DNA of 64,000 nt from an uncultured Nitrospiraceae bacterium (lineage in GTDB: Bacteria; Nitrospirota; Thermodesulfovibrionia; Thermodesulfovibrionales; Dissulfurispiraceae): NCBI GenBank assembly GCA_963705105.1, contig CAVPIW010000012.1, positions 32,001-96,000 of the forward strand, in the 5' to 3' direction. Each line of letters starts with the position of its first letter. The stretch's first letter is position 1. The notes beneath the pieces were generated by a model, which was not told the origin of the DNA, did no database searches, and saw only the letters and a list, made by a program, of their open reading frames with translations. The position numbers and the translations under genes were made by a program. Shown piece by piece: positions 1 to 10,909 of the stretch.

Positions 1-105
1 GGCCTCTTTTTCGTCGGCGAGGTTGTCGATGTAACAGGCCGCCTGGGCGGGTTCAACCTCCAGTGGGCATGGTCCTCGGGCTATGTGGCGGGGCAGTATG
101 TGTGA
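1..105 (+). CDS. C-terminal end of HI0933/BaiN-like NAD(P)/FAD-dependent flavoprotein (partial)
   Basis: Frame 1 reads GLFFVGEVVDVTGRLGGFNLQWAWSSGYVAGQYV*, the typical C-terminal motif of this family. Confidence 0.8.
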   Translation, partial: GLFFVGEVVDVTGRLGGFNLQWAWSSGYVAGQYV

Positions 106-173
106 GACATGCCCTTTTTTCTCCTATACTATTGACTCAATGAAAGAAGGGACAGGACAGTGGGGAGGTATCC

Positions 174-2216
174 ATGAATGATCCCGAGAGGACGATCGCC
201 GAACTCACCGGGGAAGTGGAGCGCCTGCGCAGGCGGATTGCGGAGCTTGAGTCTCCGGGGGCCGGCGGCGGGCACGGGGAAGAGGAACTCCGCGCAAGTC
301 TTCTTTGCCAGAATGCCATTCTGAACAACATACCGGACATCGCCTGGCTCAAGGACCGGGAAAGCCGCTTTATCGCCGTCAACGGGCCCTTCGGCGAAGC
401 CTGCGGAGTCGCGCCCGCGGACCTGGTCGGTAAGACCGATTATGACATCTGGCCGCCTGACCTGGCCGAGGGCTACCGCGCCGACGACGCGGAGGTAATG
501 CGGACCGGGAAGCGTAAGTGCGTGGAAGAGCGACTCGTCGGCCCTGACGGCCGGGAGAGCTGGATCGAGACCATCAAGACCCCCATCCTGGACGCCCGGG
601 GATCGGTGATCGGCACGACCGGGATCGCCCGCGACATTACCGGGCGAAGGCAGGCGGAGAAGGCGCTTTATCTCAAGAACTACATGTTTGATGTATCCAT
701 CGCAGCCAACAGCATTGCGGATACCAGGGGCATCATCACTCAGGCGAACCGGGCTTTTCTCGCCATCTGGGGATATTCCGGCGAGGATGAAGTCGTCGGA
801 AAGAGAATTCCGGAATTCCTGGAGAACCCGGATGAAGCCGCAGCCATTACCGCTGCATTGGACAGTGCCGGGAAATGGGAAGGCACCTATACCGCCAGGA
901 AGAAGGACGGTTCAACCTTTTTGGCATTCGGTCTTGCCACGATCCTGAAGGACGAAAAAGGCACGATGATCGGCTACCAGTCATCGGTTTTGGACATCAC
1001 CGAGCGCAGGAAGGCGGAGCAGGAGCGCCTCGAACTTGAGCGGCGGCTGCTGCACGCCCAGAAGCTCGAGAGCCTGGGCATCCTGGCCGGCGGCATCGCC
1101 CACGACTTCAATAACCTCCTGATGGCGATCCTGGGCAACCTCGATCTGGCGCTCCTGAATCTTTCCCCGGTCTCGTCGGCCCGCGCGAACATTGAGCAAT
1201 CGGCCAGGGCTGCACGCCGTGCCGCGGACCTGACGCGGCAGATGCTGGCCTATTCGGGCAGAGGCAGATTCGTGGTAGAGTCCGTGAACCTGAACGAGCT
1301 GGTGGAGGAGAACGCCCACCTGCTGCGGGCGAGCGTCGCCAGGACGGCCACGCTGGACCTGCGTCTGGGACGCTCGCTGCCGCCTATCGAAGCGGATGCC
1401 GGCCAGATCCAGCAGGTAATCATGAACCTGATCACCAACGCCTCGGAGGCCGTCGGCGACAGTGCCGGAGTGATCACCCTCGCCACAGGAGTGCAGGAAT
1501 GCGACGAGCAGTGCCTGAAGCAAAGCCGGATCGAGGTGGCGCCGCCTGCAGGCAGGTTCGTGTATCTTGAGGTGTCCGACACGGGGTGCGGGATGGACGA
1601 GCAGACACAACAGCGTCTTTTTGATCCCTTCTTCTCGACCAAGGCCATGGGCCGCGGTCTCGGCTTGTCGGCGATCCTGGGCATCGTGCGCGGACACAAT
1701 GGCGCTGTTTTTGTGGAGAGCGCCGTGGGCAGGGGGACCACGATACGCATACTCTTCCCCGCAATCGCGGAGGCGCAGGCAGAGAAGAACCCGGCTGCCG
1801 GATCTCAGTCAGCAGAAGCATGGGCGCCGGCGGTGAGAGGGCCGGTGCTCGTGGTGGATGACGAGGACATCATACGCGATGTGTGCAGGACGATGGTGGA
1901 GTCCCTCGGCATGGAGGTGCTGACGGCGGCGGACGGCAGGGAGGCCGTGGAGGTGTTCCGGCAGAACGCCGGAAGGATCAGCCTTGTCCTGCTCGATCTG
2001 ACCATGCCGAACATGGACGGCATAGCCGCTTTCAGGGAAATGGTCCGCATAAGGCCCGGAGTCAAGGTGATCCTTTCCAGCGGGTACAATGAGCAGGATT
2101 TCATCCGGCGCCTGTCCGGAGAGGGGTTGGCGGGGTTCATCCAGAAGCCTTACTCCCTGGACAATCTGCGCGACGTCCTGGAGAGGGTGAATAAAACCTC
2201 GCCGCCAAACTTGTAG
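174..2216 (+). CDS. Hybrid sensor histidine kinase/response regulator (2 PAS, HisKA, HATPase, REC)
   Basis: H-box GGIAHDFNNLL, G boxes DTGCGM and GRGLGL, receiver LVVDDE...DLTMPNMDG...KP; RBS GGGGAGG. Confidence 0.93.
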   Translation: MNDPERTIAELTGEVERLRRRIAELESPGAGGGHGEEELRASLLCQNAILNNIPDIAWLKDRESRFIAVNGPFGEACGVAPADLVGKTDYDIWPPDLAEGYRADDAEVMRTGKRKCVEERLVGPDGRESWIETIKTPILDARGSVIGTTGIARDITGRRQAEKALYLKNYMFDVSIAANSIADTRGIITQANRAFLAIWGYSGEDEVVGKRIPEFLENPDEAAAITAALDSAGKWEGTYTARKKDGSTFLAFGLATILKDEKGTMIGYQSSVLDITERRKAEQERLELERRLLHAQKLESLGILAGGIAHDFNNLLMAILGNLDLALLNLSPVSSARANIEQSARAARRAADLTRQMLAYSGRGRFVVESVNLNELVEENAHLLRASVARTATLDLRLGRSLPPIEADAGQIQQVIMNLITNASEAVGDSAGVITLATGVQECDEQCLKQSRIEVAPPAGRFVYLEVSDTGCGMDEQTQQRLFDPFFSTKAMGRGLGLSAILGIVRGHNGAVFVESAVGRGTTIRILFPAIAEAQAEKNPAAGSQSAEAWAPAVRGPVLVVDDEDIIRDVCRTMVESLGMEVLTAADGREAVEVFRQNAGRISLVLLDLTMPNMDGIAAFREMVRIRPGVKVILSSGYNEQDFIRRLSGEGLAGFIQKPYSLDNLRDVLERVNKTSPPNL

Positions 2217-2338
2217 TTGCGCAGAAAGGCGGGACGACGCGCTCTAAAAACAGTGACAGTGACAGTGTGAGTGTGAGTAAAGAGGATCATATTTCGACCA
2301 TTGGCGTACAGGTCATCTCTCGTTTTGATACAGGTGTC
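2207..2338 (+). repeat. Modular intergenic repeat family, copy R1 (left end + hexamer module + module C)
   Basis: CTTGTAGTTGC..GAAAGGCGGGACGA left end, (CAGTGA/GAGTGT)n tract, and TCGACCATTGGCGTA..TTTTGATACAGGTGTC shared with the copies at 40479 and 60808. Confidence 0.8.
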
Positions 2339-2363
2339 AGAGCGAGGGAGCGGGTTTTGACCA

Positions 2364-5300
2364 TCACTTGAGTTTGAAAACGACGCGGCTGTCCCTGAGG
2401 TTCTCCTTCTTCTCCGGCTCAAGGCCTTTGGGCTCTACAAGAAAGACGCGCCCCTGCTCAACCTTCTTCGTTCCGAGGATGTAGTCCCGCACGGCAAGAG
2501 CACGCTGTGATGCGAGCATCCGGAGGTCGTCGTCGTTCACGACAGTATGGGTCAGCATGAGTTTTTCCATCTCCGGCCCCGGGAGGTCCTTCGCCATGCC
2601 GATGAAGTTGCGGGGCTTCGGGAACTTCTCCTCCTTGTAGGCCATTTTCAGATACTTCGGATACTCTTCTTTATCCACGACGACGTCATCGACGGGCGGG
2701 GGCGTTTCACCCTTCTTCACCATATCCTTCAGCTTCTGCGCTTTGATTTTCCTGTTGAAAAGCGTCTGCCTCAGGCCGTCCCTGTCCTTCTCCCTGTCGA
2801 CATACCCCTCGATTTCGAGTTTCAGCCCCGGCCGGTCCGAAAGGGCCTTGACGAGCGTATCGAGCTTCCTGAAGTTCTGGTCACTCACCCTTGAGCTGCC
2901 GCTGTCGAATTCGACATAGCTCAGCTCCTCTCCGCCGCCGAAAATCGCGCCGAGGAGGGCGAAGGGGGATGTGGCGGCCTTGACGAGGAGATTGAGGATG
3001 ATCTTGAGGATGATCGAGCCCATGCTGAACTTCGGGTCGTCCATATTCCCCGTCACCGGCAGATCCAGGGTGATTTCTCCCTTCCTGTTCTTCAGGAGGG
3101 CAACGGCGAGTTTCACCGGCAGTTTCGTCGCCTCAGGACTTTCAACCTTGTCCCCCAGGGTCAGCTGGTCGAGGAAGACGGCGTTTTCCGAGTCGAGCTT
3201 GTTTTTGACGATATGGTATTTCGAGCTGAATGTGAGTTTCCCCTTTTCGATGGGATAGCCCAGGTACTTGCCCGAGTATGGAGTGACGGGGCTGAGCTCC
3301 ATGCCCTTGAACTCGGCCTTGACGTCGACGAAGAGGTCTTCCCTCAGGGGATTGATCTTGCCGGTTATTTCGAGAGGCGCTTGGTTCTGGTGCTTGCCCC
3401 GGAGGTCGACATCGGCGAGCGTGTCCTTCTCGGAGGAAAGGCCGGAAATCCGTCCCCCGATCTCCAGGAGATAGGTTGCGTAATGCGGCTTGACGGAGCG
3501 GTCGAGGAAGCTCACGGCGCCGTCCTGAAGCGTCAGGGTATCGATCCTTATGAGCCGCTGTTGCACGCTCCCCGCGGTCTGGGGCGGCGGTTCCGCCGGC
3601 TGCGCATCGCCGTTCTTTTCACCGGCCATGAGGTTCATCACATTCAGTGTCCTGTCCTCGTTCATGACAAGATGGCCGGAGAATCCGTTCAGCGCCGCCT
3701 CAGTCACCGTCACTGCAGGCGGGCTGGAGATGATACTCACACCGCCAAGGTGCAGCACCTGCCATTTCAGCAGGTCCTCGGCGTTTTCCCTGTCGACGGA
3801 ACCAAAGCTGGAAATCAGGGCCTCTCCCTTGTAATCTATGAAGATGCCCTTCTCCTCCGAGTATGACGCTCTCAACCTGCCCTTGGCGGAGACGCTCCCC
3901 TCCGTCACGATGATCCGGACAAAGGTATCGATGTAGGGCTGGAACGGACCGATGAGGACTTCCTTCGCGTCTGTCGTCAGATTCAGGGTCATGGGATCTA
4001 CGGACAAGGAGCCGGCCAGCGAGATGAGGCCCCTCCGGTTCGGCACGAGGGACAGGGAGATCTTTCCGGTGCTGGTTCGTGCCGTCGAAATGTTCTCTCC
4101 CCTGACCTTCACCTTCTCGGCCAGGAAGACGGCAGGATCTTTGGGGACGCGGTCCTCGGCCCGGATGGTGTACCCGTCGACGGAGAGTTTGCTGACGCTG
4201 ACGAGCCAGGGCTTCCGGGCTTCCCCAGGCACGGCTTCTCCTGCCGATCCCTCGAGCTGGGCGACGCGGTACTCGATCAGGTTCAGCAGATCGACAGACC
4301 CGTCTGACGCGCGGGTCGCCGATACGGTCCCCCCTCGTGAGGATACCTCGCCGATCCGCACGTCCTGTGTGATAATATCGATATCACCCTCCTTTACAAG
4401 GACTTCCGGGAGCCTTACGAGATCGCCTCCCTCTTCCCTATTTCTTAGGTGGAGCGATTCGAGTCTTGCCGAAAGACCGGTGATGCGCATCTCCAGGTTA
4501 TCGCCGATGCGGGCGAACCGCAGTTCCGTCGTCACCCCAAGCACACCGTTTTCGAGTTTGGTGCGCAGCAGGTCCCGGTAATAGGGCTCATACTTCTTCA
4601 ATTGCAGGCCCGCGAGTTCGACATTTGCCTCGACGATGAGGGGATCGACGGAAAACTCCGCCGACGCCCACAGGGATTCCCCTGCCTCCGTTTTCATGAA
4701 GAAGGTCAGCTCGGACAGCTCATCGGGGCTGTTGCTGAAGTGGTCGATGCGGAGATCGACATCGGAGAGTGTCGACTGAAAACCGCCGGACGGGTAGGCG
4801 TCGGAGAGCCTGACGACAGCGCCGGTCACGGCGATCTCATCAGCCGCGAAGGTCAGTATTTCCCTGATTTTTCTGAAGAGCTGGACCAGTTCATCGGCGA
4901 TTTCTTCCGGAACGAGTTCTTTCACATTCACATCGCCGCGCCTGTCCCTGCGGATATTCACCTCCGGCGATTCCAGGGCCAGCTTGGACAGGTTGAATGT
5001 GGCGGACATGAGGTCCGACGACGTTATCTCCGCAGAAAGACGGGGGAAGGCGACCAGGGACGCTCCCTTTTTGTCATCGATCTTCACTGTTTTCATGCCG
5101 ACGGTGCCCGTCACCCCGAGGGTCGGCTTCCTGTCGCTGTATTGGGTGTAGCTCACGACGGTCTGCGCGTCGAAGAAGGCTGACACGATCTTCGCTTCGG
5201 TCTTGAAGGGAAGATAGGCCAGGTAGTGGGCGATGTCGAGGTCGCTCACCTTCACATCGAAAGACGTTTCGAGGGAGTCCTTGAAAGGTTTTGTGCGGCC

Positions 5301-5936
5301 CCTGAAGGAGACGGGATCACCGTTGAGAGTCGCTTCGAAGGCGGGCTGCACATATGTGTCGACATGATAGGGGAGGTTCGACAGGAACGGTATGGTGAGG
5401 CTCACGCTGCGCAATTCATGACTCGCCCCTTTCGGTCCGTCGTGGAAATCGACGGCGCCGCCGGCAACCTGGATGTTATTGACGGAAAACCTCGGCGGCT
5501 CCGGTTCGTTGGATGCCTGCCCCTTCTCCTTCACAAGTAGATCGGAGAAGTTGTAGGTTCCGTCCGCATTGCGCACGATCCTGGCGTAAACTCCGTCGAG
5601 CCTGAGGTCCCTGATGACGATGCCCCACTTGACGAGAGAGATGCTCTGGAGGTTCACATAGAGGTTTTTGAAGGAGAAAAACGTTTCCCCTTTGTCCCGG
5701 TCGCTGATTGTGAGATCCTTGACGTTGACGGAGAGGACATAGGGGTTGCAGGAGATCTCGCCGATGGCCACGTTTCTGTGGAGAGTCTTCGAGAGTTCCC
5801 TGACCAGATAGGACTTCAGCAAAGGCGGTACGACGAGGAAGCCGGCGATGGTGAAGACGATGAAAAACACAGCCGTCGCGATGAGGGACTTCCGGAGACG
5901 ATGCCGTGTTGCCAGTTCCTCTCTGACATTCATCAC
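2364..5936 (-). CDS. DUF748 domain (AsmA-like) envelope protein
   Basis: 1190 aa, N-terminal TM helix, repeated DG(T/S)xN motifs, C-terminal LPVKLAVALLK..G.ITLDLPVTG..DDPKFS..ATSPF and an OmpA-like segment. Confidence 0.8.
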   Translation of the reverse strand: MMNVREELATRHRLRKSLIATAVFFIVFTIAGFLVVPPLLKSYLVRELSKTLHRNVAIGEISCNPYVLSVNVKDLTISDRDKGETFFSFKNLYVNLQSISLVKWGIVIRDLRLDGVYARIVRNADGTYNFSDLLVKEKGQASNEPEPPRFSVNNIQVAGGAVDFHDGPKGASHELRSVSLTIPFLSNLPYHVDTYVQPAFEATLNGDPVSFRGRTKPFKDSLETSFDVKVSDLDIAHYLAYLPFKTEAKIVSAFFDAQTVVSYTQYSDRKPTLGVTGTVGMKTVKIDDKKGASLVAFPRLSAEITSSDLMSATFNLSKLALESPEVNIRRDRRGDVNVKELVPEEIADELVQLFRKIREILTFAADEIAVTGAVVRLSDAYPSGGFQSTLSDVDLRIDHFSNSPDELSELTFFMKTEAGESLWASAEFSVDPLIVEANVELAGLQLKKYEPYYRDLLRTKLENGVLGVTTELRFARIGDNLEMRITGLSARLESLHLRNREEGGDLVRLPEVLVKEGDIDIITQDVRIGEVSSRGGTVSATRASDGSVDLLNLIEYRVAQLEGSAGEAVPGEARKPWLVSVSKLSVDGYTIRAEDRVPKDPAVFLAEKVKVRGENISTARTSTGKISLSLVPNRRGLISLAGSLSVDPMTLNLTTDAKEVLIGPFQPYIDTFVRIIVTEGSVSAKGRLRASYSEEKGIFIDYKGEALISSFGSVDRENAEDLLKWQVLHLGGVSIISSPPAVTVTEAALNGFSGHLVMNEDRTLNVMNLMAGEKNGDAQPAEPPPQTAGSVQQRLIRIDTLTLQDGAVSFLDRSVKPHYATYLLEIGGRISGLSSEKDTLADVDLRGKHQNQAPLEITGKINPLREDLFVDVKAEFKGMELSPVTPYSGKYLGYPIEKGKLTFSSKYHIVKNKLDSENAVFLDQLTLGDKVESPEATKLPVKLAVALLKNRKGEITLDLPVTGNMDDPKFSMGSIILKIILNLLVKAATSPFALLGAIFGGGEELSYVEFDSGSSRVSDQNFRKLDTLVKALSDRPGLKLEIEGYVDREKDRDGLRQTLFNRKIKAQKLKDMVKKGETPPPVDDVVVDKEEYPKYLKMAYKEEKFPKPRNFIGMAKDLPGPEMEKLMLTHTVVNDDDLRMLASQRALAVRDYILGTKKVEQGRVFLVEPKGLEPEKKENLRDSRVVFKLK

Positions 5937-6068
5937 GGTACAAACACCTCCCCTTTTAGTACAGCAATTATAGCAGAGGCAGGTGTGTTCCGTCCCATCT
6001 TGGCAGGACGGTCCGGGGGCGAATGATCGGCTGCTGACTGAGAACTGTTATTGGGGCGTCTTCGCCCT

Positions 6069-7796
6069 TTACTGGCAGGTCCACCCGATCGCCGCATTGG
6101 CTGCCGCAGCCGCGCCGATGGTGACAGTGGTTCGAAAATCGACAAGGGTCCCCGCACTGAGGGCGACCGTATTCGTGCTCGTACAGCTTGTTGCCGCCCC
6201 CGTTATGGTGCAGGTCAGCACGGTATCGGCCCCTGCGGCGGCAAAGGAGTTCGATGTCCTGAGCGCAAAGGTGCGTACGATCGTGCCTCCCGGTGCGGCG
6301 GAGACGATGACGTAGAGATTCGATGCGGTACAGGCCAGGGGGATCACCATTTTCAGGTTGGCCTCCGTTGCATTCACCGTTCCGACACCACTTGGATAGG
6401 CATATGATGTTGTATTGATCAGGGTATTCAGGGTGTTTGCCCTGGATAAATAGACAGTTCCGGTTCCGGGAATGCCCTGCGGCCCTTGCGGTCCCTGAAG
6501 TCCCTGCGGTCCCATCAACCCCTGGGGCCCCTGAGGGCCGGGGTCTCCCTGAAGTCCCTGAGGACCCTGCAACCCCTGAGGGCCCTGTGGTCCTGCCGCA
6601 CCAGCAGGTCCCTGAGGGCCGACTGCCCCCTGAGGTCCCTGCGGTCCCGGATCGCCCTGTAGTCCCTGGGGACCCTGCGGCCCGACGAGGGACGTCCCTG
6701 CTCCCCATGCGCCTGCTGTCTTCGGACCGAAGATCGTACTCGTCGCCGTATTCACGTAAAAGTCCCCGTCCACACCTTCCGTCGTCGGGTCAACCGTCCC
6801 GTTCAGAACAGTCGATCCATCGGCGCCTGCAGGCCCCTGAGGGCCCTGTATGCCCGGGTCTCCCTGAAGTCCCTGGGGACCCTGCAACCCCTGCGGCCCC
6901 TGAAGGCCCTGTGGTCCTGCCGCACCATCAGGTCCCTGAGGGCCGACTGCCCCCTGTGGTCCCTGAGGCCCCTGCGGTCCCGGATCGCCCTGAAGTCCCT
7001 GGGGACCCTGCGGCCCGACGAGGGACGTTCCTGCTCCCCATGCGCCTGCTGTCTTCGGACCGAAGATCGTACTCGTCGCCGTATTCACGTAAAAGTCCCC
7101 GTCCACACCTTCCGTCGTCGGGTCGACCGTCCCGTTCAGAACAGTCGATCCATCGGCGCCTGCAGGCCCCTGAGGGCCCTGTATGCCCGGGTCTCCCTGA
7201 AGTCCCTGGGGACCCTGCAACCCCTGCGGCCCCTGAGTGCCCTGTGGTCCTGCCACACCATCAGGTCCCTGAGGGCCGACTGCCCCCTGAGGTCCCTGCG
7301 GTCCTGGATCTCCCTGCGGTCCCTGAGGTCCCGCTGCACCCTCCGGTCCCTGCGGTCCCGGCGTTGACGCGCTGACGGGTTCGGAGAGACGAACAACCCT
7401 GAAACGAATGGGATCAGAACCCGGGATGTATTCCATGTCCAGAGAGAAATACTGCAGGCCCGATCCCGGACCCAGCGAGGCGAGTATGGGGATCTGTATT
7501 CTTATGGTCTCGATATCGACCGATGCAGGGGTCTCGGTGATGACCGATGAAGGCTTGCTGCCCCGGAGAATGAACTCAGTCGAATCCTGAAGGCCCGTGG
7601 CGATGTCGACAGCCCTGAAATCAACCTCGAATGATCCTATATCAGGAATATTGACATTCGGAACATGAAGATCCCCCGTGTCGGCGGAATACGTTGCGGC
7701 GGCCCAGCCCGAGGTCACTCCCGGGAGGAATATCGCCATCCAGCACATGACAAAAAAGCAAAAAAAACGCCACATACCTGTGGGCTTACGCTCCAT
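6069..7796 (-). CDS. Secreted collagen-like protein (Gly-X-Y repeats with a duplicated interrupting domain)
   Basis: Signal peptide, long GPQ/GLQ/GDP triplet runs, beta-rich C-terminal domain. Confidence 0.85.
   Translation of the reverse strand: MERKPTGMWRFFCFFVMCWMAIFLPGVTSGWAAATYSADTGDLHVPNVNIPDIGSFEVDFRAVDIATGLQDSTEFILRGSKPSSVITETPASVDIETIRIQIPILASLGPGSGLQYFSLDMEYIPGSDPIRFRVVRLSEPVSASTPGPQGPEGAAGPQGPQGDPGPQGPQGAVGPQGPDGVAGPQGTQGPQGLQGPQGLQGDPGIQGPQGPAGADGSTVLNGTVDPTTEGVDGDFYVNTATSTIFGPKTAGAWGAGTSLVGPQGPQGLQGDPGPQGPQGPQGAVGPQGPDGAAGPQGLQGPQGLQGPQGLQGDPGIQGPQGPAGADGSTVLNGTVDPTTEGVDGDFYVNTATSTIFGPKTAGAWGAGTSLVGPQGPQGLQGDPGPQGPQGAVGPQGPAGAAGPQGPQGLQGPQGLQGDPGPQGPQGLMGPQGLQGPQGPQGIPGTGTVYLSRANTLNTLINTTSYAYPSGVGTVNATEANLKMVIPLACTASNLYVIVSAAPGGTIVRTFALRTSNSFAAAGADTVLTCTITGAATSCTSTNTVALSAGTLVDFRTTVTIGAAAAANAAIGWTCQ
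6475..7360. repeat. Collagen triplet repeats containing a ~333-bp near-identical tandem duplication
   Basis: CGGCCCGACGAGGGACGT occurs at 6678 and 7011 (offset 333); [47 protein letters not shown] occurs twice. Confidence 0.9.
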
Positions 7797-8147
7797 GTTT
7801 GTTAACCCTATTCAGCTCGAAATCCTGACCCATGCACAGATGGGCATCATTCCCTAATCCCGGCACGTTCGTCTGCGGGAAAATCTTTCCGTGACTCATA
7901 TCACACTTATGTTTTCGTGAAATCGCAGGAAAACTTAAAGCGACAGTTTGAGGTTCCTGTCCCGCCGATATTTGTACCTGAGGGGATTGGTGGCCGATAG
8001 CATCCAAACGCAGGGATGTGGTAGGATTTCAGGGATATTCAGCACGCTTTCTTGTCCAGGGGTGACCCGAGGGATGTTTTTATACAGCGGCGTGTCATTA
8101 TATCATTACTGAACGAACGGCTTTCATCCGACATTATAGGTAGCGCC

Positions 8148-10619
8148 ATGAATGAACCGCATCCCGAAAGATACCTTAAAGAGAAATCAGGAGCAGAGAT
8201 GAACGGCAGCGAGTTACCATTGAAGCAGTGGCATGACCGCATCTTTCAGGCCTTTCTCACCCATGCGCCCGTCATCGTCTTTGCTCTCGATCGAGAAGGC
8301 AAGATTCTCTTTGCCGAGGGCAGGGGCCTGTCTGAGCTTGGGTTGAGACAGAGTGAAGTCGCCGGACGTTCCGCCTTCGAGCTGAATAAGGATTACCCCC
8401 ATATCCTCATCAATCTCAGGAGGGCCCTCTCAGGGGAGTCATTTACCGCCACGATAGAGTTTCAGGACCGCTTTTTCGAGGTCCGCTTCGAATCCCCTCC
8501 CGCCCGGACCTCTGAGGACGTCGCCGTACTGGGTGTCGCCACCGACATCACGGAGAGGGTGCTGATCGAGAGGGTCCTGAGGAATCGTGGAGATATCGTT
8601 GAACGGCTCAACCTGTCCCTCGTCGAACTCGCGAAGAATGAGCATATCTATAAGGGAGACATCTCCCTCGCTTACAGGGTGATTACAGAGGCTGCAGCCA
8701 GGGCTATGATGACGGAGCGGACGAGCATATGGTTCTATACCGACGATCAGACCGGCATCCGCTGTGCGGATTTGTATGAGTTGAAATCAGGACTGCATTC
8801 CAGCGGCTATGTCCTCGGGGCATCGCAGTATCCTGCCTATTTCAGGGCACTGCTGGAAGGAACGGTGATTGACGCCCATGACGCACGTTCCGATCCCCGC
8901 ACCAGGGAGTTTACCGAATCCTATTTGCTTCCCCTCGGCATCCGGTCGATGCTCGACGTGCCGATCCGCGTGTCAGGCAGGTCTGTCGGTGTTGTCTGCC
9001 ATGAGCATGTGGGACAGGAGCGCATCTGGACAAGGGAAGAGCAGAGCTTCGTCACAGCCGTCGCAGGCTTCGTATCGACGGCCATAGAAACCCATGAGCG
9101 TTTGAAGGCGGAAAATTCACTCAGGGCGGCGGAGCAGAGGCTCCGTGATATCGTCGAGCACAGCACGAATCTCTTTTACATGCATGCCCCTGATCACCGG
9201 CTTCTCTATGTCAGTCCGCAGTCAAGGGTTTTCCTGGACTGCGAGCCCGAAGAAGCCCTCGTCCGGTGGACGGAATTCCTGACGGACAACCCTGCCAACG
9301 AACGGGGACTCAGCATGACAGATGCCGCGATCGAGACGGGCATAGCCCAGCAGCCTTATGAGCTGGAACTCAGGGGTTTCAAGGGAAGGGTCATATGGGT
9401 CGAAGTCCGTGAGGCCCCGATCGTGAAAAACGGCAGGACCGTCGCCGTCGTCGGAGCCCTGAGCGATATCACGGAGCGGAAGAGGATGGAGAAGGAGATG
9501 ATCAAGTCCCAGAAACTCGAATCACTCGGCATCCTCGCCGGTGGAATCGCCCATGATTTCAACAATGTCCTGACTGTCATCCTCGGCAACATCTCCCTGG
9601 CCCACCTGCTCCTGACACCTGATGACCCGGCTTCGGGCCGTCTCGATCAAGCCGAAAAAGCCTGTTTGCAGGCGCGGGACCTCACGCAGCAACTGCTCAC
9701 CTTTTCCAAGGGGGGATCACCTGTCCGAACGACTCTCCGGGTCGAACAGATCCTGCAGGATTCGGCGGGCCTTGCCGTCAGGGGCTCAAACGTCAAATGC
9801 ACGATTCATTGTGCCGATTCGATTCACAACGTAGATGCCGACGCGGGGCAGATGACCCAGGTTTTCAACAACATAATTCTGAACGCTTCTCAGGCCATGG
9901 CGGAAGGCGGGACGATCCGCATCGAGGCGGAGAATGCAGACATCGGCCCTGAAGGCGGGCTCCCGCTGAATCCCGGCACCTACGTGAAAATAAATGTCAC
10001 CGACGGGGGCCCGGGCATCCCCGAAGGACATCTCCAGCGGATCTTCGATCCCTATTTTACGACGAAGAAGAAGGGGAGCGGACTGGGGCTCTCCGTTGCC
10101 TATTCGATCGTCAAGAACCACGAGGGCCATATCGATGTCCATTCAGTGCCCTATTTCGGCACGACCTTTTCCGTCTACCTCCCCGCTTCCAGGAAACAGC
10201 CCGGGGCCGAGCCGCAGAGGGAGAGCATCGAGCCGGCCGCAGGCAGAAGGGTGCTCGTCATGGACGACGAGGAGATGGTCCGGGACATTGCCGGCGCCAT
10301 GCTCAGGCATTTCGGATTTGAAACCGTCCTGACCGGTGACGGGAGCAAAGCGGTCAGCCTCTTCAGGCAGGCGAAGGAGTCGGGAGAACCCTTCGATGTG
10401 GTCATTCTCGATCTGACCGTCTCCGGCGGCATGGGGGGCAAGGAGGCGCTCCGGCATATGCTTGCCGCCGACCCCGATGTCAAGGCCGTCGTTTCGAGCG
10501 GGTACTCGAACGACGACGTCATCGCCAACTACCGCGCCTACGGTTTCACCGATGTGATCACCAAGCCCTATAAGAGTTCTGAACTGCGTGCCGTCCTCGG
10601 CAGACTCGTCTCGGGATAA
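8148..10619 (+). CDS. Hybrid sensor histidine kinase (PAS-GAF-PAS-HisKA-HATPase-REC); start may be 8199
   Basis: GAF-like DPRTREFTESYL..GIRSMLDVPI, H-box AHDFNN, receiver LVMDDE; AGGAG precedes the ATG at 8199. Confidence 0.9.
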   Translation: MNEPHPERYLKEKSGAEMNGSELPLKQWHDRIFQAFLTHAPVIVFALDREGKILFAEGRGLSELGLRQSEVAGRSAFELNKDYPHILINLRRALSGESFTATIEFQDRFFEVRFESPPARTSEDVAVLGVATDITERVLIERVLRNRGDIVERLNLSLVELAKNEHIYKGDISLAYRVITEAAARAMMTERTSIWFYTDDQTGIRCADLYELKSGLHSSGYVLGASQYPAYFRALLEGTVIDAHDARSDPRTREFTESYLLPLGIRSMLDVPIRVSGRSVGVVCHEHVGQERIWTREEQSFVTAVAGFVSTAIETHERLKAENSLRAAEQRLRDIVEHSTNLFYMHAPDHRLLYVSPQSRVFLDCEPEEALVRWTEFLTDNPANERGLSMTDAAIETGIAQQPYELELRGFKGRVIWVEVREAPIVKNGRTVAVVGALSDITERKRMEKEMIKSQKLESLGILAGGIAHDFNNVLTVILGNISLAHLLLTPDDPASGRLDQAEKACLQARDLTQQLLTFSKGGSPVRTTLRVEQILQDSAGLAVRGSNVKCTIHCADSIHNVDADAGQMTQVFNNIILNASQAMAEGGTIRIEAENADIGPEGGLPLNPGTYVKINVTDGGPGIPEGHLQRIFDPYFTTKKKGSGLGLSVAYSIVKNHEGHIDVHSVPYFGTTFSVYLPASRKQPGAEPQRESIEPAAGRRVLVMDDEEMVRDIAGAMLRHFGFETVLTGDGSKAVSLFRQAKESGEPFDVVILDLTVSGGMGGKEALRHMLAADPDVKAVVSSGYSNDDVIANYRAYGFTDVITKPYKSSELRAVLGRLVSG

Positions 10620-10620
10620 A

Positions 10621-10690
10621 TAAGCGTTGCAGTTGCATGAAAAGGTGGGGCGACGTGCCTCAAAGCCCTGCTGATAGCGACGCTGCCTCC
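10621..10690 (+). repeat. Modular repeat copy R2 (left end + start of module B)
   Basis: TTGCAGTTGCATGAAAAGGTGGGGCGA..CCTCAAAGCCCTGCTGA matches the copies at 40479 and 60808. Confidence 0.75.
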
Positions 10691-10857
10691 GGGAAGGCCA
10701 CCTGTTCGGGTTGATGACGGTGCGTCCCGTAAACGGGACAGAATCTGAACCTCTGGGCGAAGCAGTAGCGCTCCAATTCCCCGATGCTCGGCACATACGG
10801 TACGGACGATGCCATACAGACGCCGACGGTCAGGGCACTGAAACAGGGACACATCAC
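10660..10857 (-). CDS. Small 4-Cys protein (CP-x9-C-x17-C-x7-CPVY)
   Basis: RBS AGAGGAG 8 nt before GTG; the Cys pattern mirrors ORF 12295-12510. Confidence 0.6.
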   Translation of the reverse strand: MMCPCFSALTVGVCMASSVPYVPSIGELERYCFAQRFRFCPVYGTHRHQPEQVAFPEAASLSAGL

Positions 10858-10909
10858 CGGTCAAGCTCCTCTCTGAGGCACCATATGCTCACGCATCCCT
10901 CCGGGTCTT

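Noticed and set aside
7800..8050. c-di-GMP riboswitch upstream of the collagen-like gene
   Set aside because: The GEMM signature (GCAAAC...GAAA...GACGCAAAGC) is absent on both strands.
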